Below, piece after piece: positions 57,419 to 64,000 of a DNA stretch of 64,000 nucleotides. The stretch comes from a virus. A program made the translations under genes and the position numbers. The stretch spans positions 28,465 to 92,464 of the IMG/VR virus record IMGVR_UViG_3300014913_000759. One strand, 5' to 3'. Numbering within the stretch: the stretch's first letter is position 1; every line of letters begins with the position of its first letter. Below the pieces are notes generated by a model that was not told the DNA's origin, searched no databases, and was given only the letters and a program-made list of their open reading frames with translations.

Positions 57419-58075
57419 CTATATCCATAGTGGTGTGTATGGAATAGTTACACTTCCTGTTCCTGTTTGACCATATGTATATGTACTTGCGCCGACCTGT
57501 ATCACCACGCCAGATTTAGTATAATCAGCCCTTCCAACGCCACCAGCAGATACACTTCCTTGGCTTCCTGTTTCCGTTACACCAGTAAAAGTTATGCCGG
57601 CATCGACCTCTACCTCCAAGTTAACGCTCCCTTCTGATATACCCCTAATAATATATGACGGGCCTGTAATATCCAAAGCAGGATCTTCGTGCCATCTTTG
57701 CAGACTCCAAGACTCTTGTGACGGATTCTGTGGATCATCTTTATTATATCCGTAACTAGTCACAACCCAATCACTATAATCTATTGCATCTACGGTGTCC
57801 TCACAGGTAGCTGGTGCAACTGAGGCTGCTACTTGGTTGGCCGTAGTACAAGAATCGTCTGGTTCGGTGCTGTATACTGGAGTGGCGCCAGACGAATATA
57901 AAGTAACGCTTAGTGTGTACGTGGGTCGTCTTATTGTTTTATCCTCATCGGGTGTCCAGGAACCTAAACAATATATCCTTTGTACATTTGGATTGTATGC
58001 CCAATTAACAGACGTGGCACACTGCCCTGAAAAAATTCCTCCGACCGTAGTTCCTGCACCAATTATAACAGCCAT
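57419..58075 (-). CDS. Hypothetical structural protein, possibly tail-tube-like
   Basis: Beta-rich pattern 'SVNWAYNPNVQRIYCLG...TLSVT...VVTSYGY...ESWSL' resembles tube folds (inference); first gene after the conserved intergenic motif. Confidence 0.5.
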   Translation of the reverse strand: MAVIIGAGTTVGGIFSGQCATSVNWAYNPNVQRIYCLGSWTPDEDKTIRRPTYTLSVTLYSSGATPVYSTEPDDSCTTANQVAASVAPATCEDTVDAIDYSDWVVTSYGYNKDDPQNPSQESWSLQRWHEDPALDITGPSYIIRGISEGSVNLEVEVDAGITFTGVTETGSQGSVSAGGVGRADYTKSGVVIQVGASTYTYGQTGTGSVTIPYTPLWI

Positions 58076-58089
58076 CTAATTTGCCTCCT

Positions 58090-58126
58090 TATCGTGGTCT
58101 TCTATTATTAAAGTGGTTACATTATT
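58090..58126 (-). promoter_or_regulatory. Conserved bipartite motif copy 2 (AATAA-NN-TAACC-N10-TAGAAGACCACGATA)
   Basis: The 15-mer is 14/15 identical to the copy at 15200-15214; directly 5' of the AGGAGG Shine-Dalgarno of 57419-58075. Confidence 0.55.
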
Positions 58127-58319
58127 AGCTTTTAGGCTTTTTACAAGCCACATACATCTCATAATCACACCTTTCTTTTTTTTCACACTTTTGGCAATTT
58201 CTTTTTTTAAATATTTCCAATCTGGCCTTTAATTGCCTGTCGTTCAAATATTTATATTGTTCCATAATGTTGCCAGAGGTTCTTGCTGCTCTTCTTTTGC
58301 CACATCCTGAACATCCCAT
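58125..58319 (-). CDS. Small basic Cys-rich protein
   Basis: 'MGCSGCGK...CQKC....C......C'; strong Shine-Dalgarno. Confidence 0.65.
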   Translation of the reverse strand: MGCSGCGKRRAARTSGNIMEQYKYLNDRQLKARLEIFKKRNCQKCEKKERCDYEMYVACKKPKS

Positions 58320-58327
58320 ATCTCCTC

Positions 58328-58564
58328 CTATCGACTCGTATCACCAACAAAAGTTATGTGAGACTCGTACCATTCTGTGTTTGGTATTCTATTTACATAG
58401 GCACTGGCTATATAACCATAGAAAGTTCTATTGCCTATTCTCAACGTATCCGTTCCATAATGATGTATACCTCCAGTATCATGTACGACTGTATAGGTTA
58501 TCGTAGCCAAACCATACACATTATAGGACAAATTTACAGAGGTACAATCTATAAAAGATGCCAT
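58328..58564 (-). CDS. Hypothetical protein (tail/baseplate region)
   Basis: 78 aa, TAATG coupling. Confidence 0.6.
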   Translation of the reverse strand: MASFIDCTSVNLSYNVYGLATITYTVVHDTGGIHHYGTDTLRIGNRTFYGYIASAYVNRIPNTEWYESHITFVGDTSR

Positions 58565-58842
58565 TAGATGTCGTCCTCATCCACGTATTCTGGTTCATGT
58601 ACTATTTTACCTGAAAAACTATTGCCCCCTATATCTGCCAGGCGGCTAAAATTGGCAGACATATAGTTTCCGCCCTGGCCTCTAAACTCGTCGCTACCGG
58701 GCAAAGTATTGGTATAAACTATAAGATCTATCTCATTCTTTTCTGCCATGAAAGTATGTAATACAAATCTACTATTACCAACGGGCATCGGCGCGCCGGC
58801 TCTAAGCCTATATTGTTCACCTGTGTAAGAAACATCTGCCAT
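58564..58842 (-). CDS. Hypothetical protein (tail/baseplate region)
   Basis: 92 aa, AGGAGG Shine-Dalgarno. Confidence 0.62.
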   Translation of the reverse strand: MADVSYTGEQYRLRAGAPMPVGNSRFVLHTFMAEKNEIDLIVYTNTLPGSDEFRGQGGNYMSANFSRLADIGGNSFSGKIVHEPEYVDEDDI

Positions 58843-58853
58843 GCTTTACCTCC

Positions 58854-59441
58854 TTACTGTAAAGATCCCGTAAAAACAAAAGAATAGGACGCCATAGGAA
58901 TCTGTCCTGGTGTAAATTCAACACTAAAGTTCTGTAAATACATTGTACCTATACCTAAATCTAGACCGGCGCCATCCCATATTACACCATCAGGGCCTGT
59001 AGAAAAACTTATTGGTCCACCTGTATATGTCATACCATATCCATCTGTTTGCGTCTCATCTGTATATATAGCCGCTGGTCCTGAAGATGAGGAAGCATTT
59101 ACAATCCTATAACTTCCAATTGTTCTATGCAACGATGCCAAGTCAACCACCTCACCAAATATAGACGACCTTCCCTCGCCTTGGGGTATAAAGTAAAGAT
59201 CGTTGTTATCACAATCCCATTTTCTCAGCCATGGAACTTGGACATTGGCTCTGCCAGGACATCCTATATGTATAGTATCTTGTGCGTGGCCCGTTACAGA
59301 AACTGTTCCAACAGTAGGGCCCACAATCATCTGGTTTTCTATCAAACTGGATTCTGTGCTGCTACTTACGTTTATAGATACAAAACACTCCGCAGCATTG
59401 ATTGGAAAATTTCCTACTAATTTACAGCATTCTGCCGGCAT
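58854..59441 (-). CDS. Hypothetical structural protein, possibly tube/baseplate-initiator-like
   Basis: 'MYLQNFSVEFTPGQIPMASYSF' resembles a tube-fold terminal hairpin (inference); AGGAGG Shine-Dalgarno. Confidence 0.5.
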   Translation of the reverse strand: MPAECCKLVGNFPINAAECFVSINVSSSTESSLIENQMIVGPTVGTVSVTGHAQDTIHIGCPGRANVQVPWLRKWDCDNNDLYFIPQGEGRSSIFGEVVDLASLHRTIGSYRIVNASSSSGPAAIYTDETQTDGYGMTYTGGPISFSTGPDGVIWDGAGLDLGIGTMYLQNFSVEFTPGQIPMASYSFVFTGSLQ

Positions 59442-59452
59442 CTACACACCTC

Positions 59453-59848
59453 CTAAGTTGAACTTTGATCTGCCTCATCATCACTAAAGTAGCTACCAAA
59501 TGCAGGACCACCTTGAACAATAGAGGAGTGATCATGAATAGGCACAGCCGATATGGTGCACACAGCTACCTCACCAGTGGCCGCGAAAAACCAAACTTTG
59601 TTCTCTTGTGCCATTTTATGTGTATATATAACCGCAACCTCATTGTCGCTGACTGGTTCGATTGTTCCTATCTTCTCATCCTCAACTATAAAACCCTTCT
59701 TAGGTACCTGTGGGTCTTTACTACCAACAGTCTCTTCATCCGTCGAAGGAAACCAACCCTCACCCATAATAGGACGTGCAGGTGCCGAGATCTTAGCCTT
59801 CATACCTACCAGAAGGTACAATACCGTTTCTCCAATAGTTTCAGACAT
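59453..59848 (-). CDS. Possible baseplate central spike/tip protein
   Basis: C-terminal 'VPIHDHSS...GG' HxH motif like the metal-binding apex of P2 gpV-type spikes; position after hub-like genes. Confidence 0.5.
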   Translation of the reverse strand: MSETIGETVLYLLVGMKAKISAPARPIMGEGWFPSTDEETVGSKDPQVPKKGFIVEDEKIGTIEPVSDNEVAVIYTHKMAQENKVWFFAATGEVAVCTISAVPIHDHSSIVQGGPAFGSYFSDDEADQSST

Positions 59849-59853
59849 TTATA

Positions 59854-60462
59854 TTAGCCTCCAGTATCCGGTGATGTCGAATTGTCTTTGTCTGTAACGA
59901 CTTCTGCCTTTACTTTGGCTGCTCCGACCGATGATTGTGGCGCTGCAAGACCAACCGGTTGATTCATCTTCGCAGAGTTTGCTGCCGTAGTTAGTTGTGT
60001 ATTGTCCTTAAGTTCACTGTCAGTGACTAATAAAACCGGTTGGTGGCGATATTTAAATTTGCCACTCTTTAGTCCTCTCCTACTAACACCATCGATTGTT
60101 GCCCAGGCAGTCTCCGTGCCTCTACAGCGCCTAGTATATTTCTTATTCTGTAAAAGACTGAGCGCATCGGCGCCGGACATATTTACCAAAACAAAGTGCG
60201 GGTCGTCGAAACACGGCGATATCGTAGCTTTCTTAACGATACCCGTAAATATTAGATTTCTTGGGTAATCCACACCAGCATATATTTTTATTGGCCCGCC
60301 AGTCATGTCGGCCACTTCTTGTGCTCCAATTTTTACGCGAGCGTCGAATGTAGAAACCTGTCCTCGTGTTCTATTGACGTTAAAAGACAGTATATAAGGC
60401 GTCTCTACTTCAAATCTACCAACCTCTATTCGAGCCCTTATTTTTACTTTTTCTATTGACAT
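59854..60462 (-). CDS. Baseplate hub-like protein (gpD/gp27-like N-terminal pattern)
   Basis: 'ILSFNVNRTRG..STF...IKIYAG...IFTGIV...SGADALSLL'. Confidence 0.55.
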   Translation of the reverse strand: MSIEKVKIRARIEVGRFEVETPYILSFNVNRTRGQVSTFDARVKIGAQEVADMTGGPIKIYAGVDYPRNLIFTGIVKKATISPCFDDPHFVLVNMSGADALSLLQNKKYTRRCRGTETAWATIDGVSRRGLKSGKFKYRHQPVLLVTDSELKDNTQLTTAANSAKMNQPVGLAAPQSSVGAAKVKAEVVTDKDNSTSPDTGG

Positions 60463-60463
60463 C

Positions 60464-62425
60464 TTAACCCTCCACCGGATTGTTCTTTAATGAAACACTT
60501 ACTCTATCACCAACTCTTATGACCGATGGTGTGCAGTTTATAGCATAAACATCTCCGAAATCGTCAACGCGAACCCTATAATCCACGTGGTTTCCTCCAT
60601 CCTGTATTACCACACCTTCCGCTGAAAAAGACTCCGTTTGCTTTATATATGCGCCTCCACTTATGCCTTCAACGCCGCCAACTATATATGGGCCCTCATT
60701 GACAGAAATCGTATATGACCCTTGGTCTGAATACGAGTAAGAAATACTGTTTACAACGCCGCCGGCATCACCCCTGTCGCCCAACTCCACTGTGCTCTCT
60801 GGGCCACAGACATACGTAGTCTCGGTACCATCGCCGGCACTCATATATTCATATAATGCTTGAGAAAGCTTTTTTGTGCCGTCCTCGTCCAGAAAAGACA
60901 AAGTCATTGTAAGACCGGGACCGCCGCTCATTTCCTCTATAGCACTATTTAACGCTGTATCTTCTAGGTTTTGTGTGGTGGTTGGGTCATGATCTACGAT
61001 ACCATCTACCTGATTTATGACAGTACCATCCTTTGCAATAGGTGCTGGTTCTTCAGTCAACACCAGCGGTGCGATATACACTCTTAAGTCTTCTGCTATT
61101 AGGTTTGCTTGGCCTTGTGGATCTATTATTTTTACACATGGAGATTCCACCGACAACACCACTACTATCTGATGTACCAGGATACCTTTTGTTCCGCCAG
61201 TAGGCAATATGGTGGCCTGTCCTTCTGTAATCCCTTGCTGTCTGTATAGAGTACAATTAGGATAAACCTTAAATGGTACATTAGATCCGTATGCCGCCTT
61301 GTCATTAAATCTAGCATTACTTGAAAATTTTATCATAACTTTTTTGTTAGTTACATCGGTGCCCTCAAAGTTGGCAATGTAATGTACACCAGAGTCCAGC
61401 CTAAACATTTTTGGGCCAATATCATTTATAGCTATCCAAAGCTCTGTATTCTCGGCATTATTTTCTCCGGCCGCCGCGGCATTATTTTTTGGGACACCTT
61501 TGCATTGTACACATTCTAGACCTATGGCGTACACCATGTTGACTCCTAGAAGTTTATCCATCCTTACATTACGCGTGGTCTCAAATCTAAGCTCATCTGG
61601 TATTTCTACCTCTACGCCTCCGGTCACTTCTTTTCCTCTATCAACAAAACACGCCAAGTCCTCTGCTGTTGCGGGTCTCTCAGCCAAAGTACCAATGTCC
61701 GGAATATCTTTTTCGTTGAAAGTGCCTAAAGAAGGAAGATCTAATACGAGAGGAACTTCTGCCGTGTTGTCTATGCTTATACTAACATCATCCCTATCTT
61801 TTATGAAGGATGGTGGTATGATCTTATAAGCATAACCTAGTACTCTATCCCACGGATTATCGCTTGTTATTTCATATAAATTATCAATACCGTCGTTGTA
61901 ACTAGTAGACAGGTGGGGGTCGTGATATGTTATAACACGAGAATGTTCAAAATCATCCTTACTACAGTTAGATGTCATATCAGATGTATCCCACACCCTT
62001 CTGCCACCCGCTGCCTCAAAAAGATCAACAAACTCTACCGGCTGCCTTTCGGCCATTGGTTTTTTGCCAGTTATCATAACGCCTTTACATTCTTCTTTGT
62101 AAGTATGTGTTTGTATTGTATAGTATATGTCCAAGCTAGGGTAACTATCACCCATACGCTTAAATTCAATCTCCCCTAAATTATTCACTATTGGTTCATA
62201 TAATACGCCCGCATCGGCTGCCTCTTCCATTAACGAGAGACGTATTACTGTCATGGCATCCATTTGCTTAATGTCTATACCATCTAAAGCGCCTCCTATA
62301 GACGGCGTAGCACATTGAAGACCAAAATCGTTGCATACGTCAGCAGCAAGGCTGCCATAAAAATCACAGGATACCTGTGGCTTATTACTTTCTCCAAACG
62401 CTTCCCACGGTTCTTCGTAAGCCAT
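60464..62425 (-). CDS. Probable baseplate/tail-tip protein
   Basis: Follows the tape measure gene; C-terminal 'VELGD...VVNSISYSY....YTISV' hub-like barrel and OB-like 'VIRVGDRVSV'. Confidence 0.5.
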   Translation of the reverse strand: MAYEEPWEAFGESNKPQVSCDFYGSLAADVCNDFGLQCATPSIGGALDGIDIKQMDAMTVIRLSLMEEAADAGVLYEPIVNNLGEIEFKRMGDSYPSLDIYYTIQTHTYKEECKGVMITGKKPMAERQPVEFVDLFEAAGGRRVWDTSDMTSNCSKDDFEHSRVITYHDPHLSTSYNDGIDNLYEITSDNPWDRVLGYAYKIIPPSFIKDRDDVSISIDNTAEVPLVLDLPSLGTFNEKDIPDIGTLAERPATAEDLACFVDRGKEVTGGVEVEIPDELRFETTRNVRMDKLLGVNMVYAIGLECVQCKGVPKNNAAAAGENNAENTELWIAINDIGPKMFRLDSGVHYIANFEGTDVTNKKVMIKFSSNARFNDKAAYGSNVPFKVYPNCTLYRQQGITEGQATILPTGGTKGILVHQIVVVLSVESPCVKIIDPQGQANLIAEDLRVYIAPLVLTEEPAPIAKDGTVINQVDGIVDHDPTTTQNLEDTALNSAIEEMSGGPGLTMTLSFLDEDGTKKLSQALYEYMSAGDGTETTYVCGPESTVELGDRGDAGGVVNSISYSYSDQGSYTISVNEGPYIVGGVEGISGGAYIKQTESFSAEGVVIQDGGNHVDYRVRVDDFGDVYAINCTPSVIRVGDRVSVSLKNNPVEG

Positions 62426-64000
62426 TATTGTCCTCCGATATGAGTAGACACTCTGTTTATCTTGGCTTCAATAGCCTCTATCTGATAACTAAGATGTGCT
62501 TTTAGATTGTCTATCTCTCTCCTGTATTCATCTCCTGTAGATGCTCTGTTGTTTATCTCAGTCAAAAGTGGATCGGTCTTGACAGTTATCATTTCGTTAA
62601 CAACGGTCCTATCTACTATCTTACCACTTACCATCTCTATGTCACGATCTATTTTGTCTTCCAAATTACCTTTAACATCGAGCAGGGTATTGTCCATTTT
62701 TATTATGTGCTGTTCCAAAGCGTCCATTTTTTCTGCGCCAACAGCACCTGGACCAGTGATTGCGTTTTTTAATGCAGCTTCTATGCTGGCCGTAGCTGCT
62801 TCGGCGTCTAGTGGAACACTTACACCATTCGTTTCAACCTCTAGTTTAGGAAAGTTGGATGCTTCTATAGCCTCTTTTACTGCGCTTTCGATTGCGCTTG
62901 CTATCTCGTCTGTATTGACATCCACAGAATATTTGTTGTTTAGGGATGCTCTATCAAATGCCATAGATTCAACCTCGGCGCCCTGTGCAAATTTCTCAGG
63001 TATAACTACTTCTCCTCCATGAAGGTATGTTAGACCGTCTTTTTTCATGCGGCCACCGGTCATCATTTGAGGTATCTCCTCTACTGATGTCGCTTTTGTC
63101 AGAGGAACACTTAGATCTCCAAGCTCTAACCCTCTACCGTAAGTCTTACCGATTATATGCTGCAGCAAGGCGGTTGTATTGGCCGCCGTGACTGGCAAGT
63201 TTGGCGCCAAACGTCTTTGCCAGTTTATACCAAACAGATTTTGAAGTTCTTTTTCAAATGAGAAAGGAAACTTAACATCTCTAACTGCAAGATCTGTACC
63301 CAACATGTCTTTTCTGATTTGTTCTACATCCGGTGCATTAGATAGGCCAGGAGCAAGTTCTGTAATCCAGTTTTCACCATGCTTTCTTTTTTGTTCCTCA
63401 GAATACATCTCAGCGGCACGTAGATCGTATTTCTTCATAAGGTATTTAACTTTGCTGTATTCCTTATGCATGTTCTCATCCACAGGACTTGCGCCTGTGA
63501 ATCTAACCTTGTTTAGGAAACCAGCAGCGCGTGTTACATTCTTTTCCATCTCAGCAATCGCCGCTCTGTCTTCTGCAGTTCCACTCTCACTTCTTAATCT
63601 CTGTCTATATGTGTCCAGTAGATTCTTGGCAGATCTCCAGTTGCCCCACAGGGTCGTGTCAGTACCAAAAGTTTTCTGTGCCTCGCCTAAAGTTAGTTTG
63701 TGTAAGGGCTTGCTTCCAGTAGGAAGATGTACATATTCTTTCGCCTGTAATTTTTCGCGCATATGCTTAAGATAGAACGTCTCTTCCTCTACCTCCGCTC
63801 CGTCTGCATATCTTCTTTTTATTCTGCCTCCGCCACAGAAACCTAACTTCTTCATCTGACGTTCCTGCTCTGCTCTAGCTTTCTTAATCTTATCAGCGGT
63901 TTCTCTCAGCATGCCTGTGCCTAAAGGCGGTTCTTTCACATCGCCAGACTTTCTCTCGCTGCCAAATAGTGTTGCTATTTTTTTAAGAATCTCATCAACC
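62425..64000 (-). CDS. Probable tape measure protein, C-terminal part (extends beyond the window)
   Basis: The frame is open to the window edge (VDEILKKIATLFGSERKSGD precedes the annotated start); helical; 'GGRMKKDGLTYLHGGEVVIP' is typical of tape-measure C-termini; followed by baseplate-like genes. Confidence 0.62.
   Translation of the reverse strand, partial: VDEILKKIATLFGSERKSGDVKEPPLGTGMLRETADKIKKARAEQERQMKKLGFCGGGRIKRRYADGAEVEEETFYLKHMREKLQAKEYVHLPTGSKPLHKLTLGEAQKTFGTDTTLWGNWRSAKNLLDTYRQRLRSESGTAEDRAAIAEMEKNVTRAAGFLNKVRFTGASPVDENMHKEYSKVKYLMKKYDLRAAEMYSEEQKRKHGENWITELAPGLSNAPDVEQIRKDMLGTDLAVRDVKFPFSFEKELQNLFGINWQRRLAPNLPVTAANTTALLQHIIGKTYGRGLELGDLSVPLTKATSVEEIPQMMTGGRMKKDGLTYLHGGEVVIPEKFAQGAEVESMAFDRASLNNKYSVDVNTDEIASAIESAVKEAIEASNFPKLEVETNGVSVPLDAEAATASIEAALKNAITGPGAVGAEKMDALEQHIIKMDNTLLDVKGNLEDKIDRDIEMVSGKIVDRTVVNEMITVKTDPLLTEINNRASTGDEYRREIDNLKAHLSYQIEAIEAKINRVSTHIGGQ

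Noticed and set aside
7258-61256. Short alternative-frame minus-strand ORFs (7258-7533, 10885-11094, 12671-12979, 14821-15111, 23860-24105, 38206-38460, 61053-61256 etc.)
   Set aside because: Nested in longer genes with better starts; no motif support.
649-63775. Plus-strand ORFs in the track (e.g. 8872-9531, 42785-43315, 45264-45779, 47436-47969, 62507-63022)
   Set aside because: They lie antisense to well-supported minus-strand genes and show no recognisable motifs; treated as shadow ORFs.
1-64000. Stop-codon reassignment, introns or inteins
   Set aside because: The standard code already gives near-complete coding density with TAA, TAG and TGA stops at gene junctions; RecA, DnaB and DnaG are of ordinary length.

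Overview
A 64-kb segment of a large, probably contractile-tailed dsDNA bacteriophage. All credible genes are on the minus strand, tightly packed, often with TAATG/ATGA overlaps and AGGAGG-type Shine-Dalgarno sites, and they read in the standard code. In transcription order (right to left): the C-terminus of a probable tape-measure protein; baseplate/tube-like genes; about 45 kb of large, mostly unannotatable virion-type proteins built from shared modules (DUF2341, LamG/ConA, discoidin, Ig/Big_1, beta-propellers), interrupted by a two-gene ThDP-dependent sulfopyruvate/phosphonopyruvate decarboxylase (ComD/ComE-like); a promoter region at about 15.2-15.4 kb; a bacterial-type replication/recombination module (DnaN, serine protease, RecA, DnaB, DnaG, SSB, DnaJ, RuvC, Fe-S PD-(D/E)XK nuclease); and a cluster of three glycosyltransferases, a SAM methyltransferase and a thymidylate synthase. 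The most striking unexplained signal is a pervasive T/V/A/S-x-S-G motif in the virion-type proteins. Together with the glycosyltransferases, methyltransferase and ComDE-like enzyme, it suggests a phage-encoded virion O-glycosylation/glycan-tailoring system (inference). Also notable: a conserved bipartite DNA motif in the two largest intergenic gaps, and a cassette-like DUF2341 adhesin array. No tRNA, rRNA, CRISPR array, integrase or transposase was recognised. All family calls come from motif recognition by eye, not database searches.
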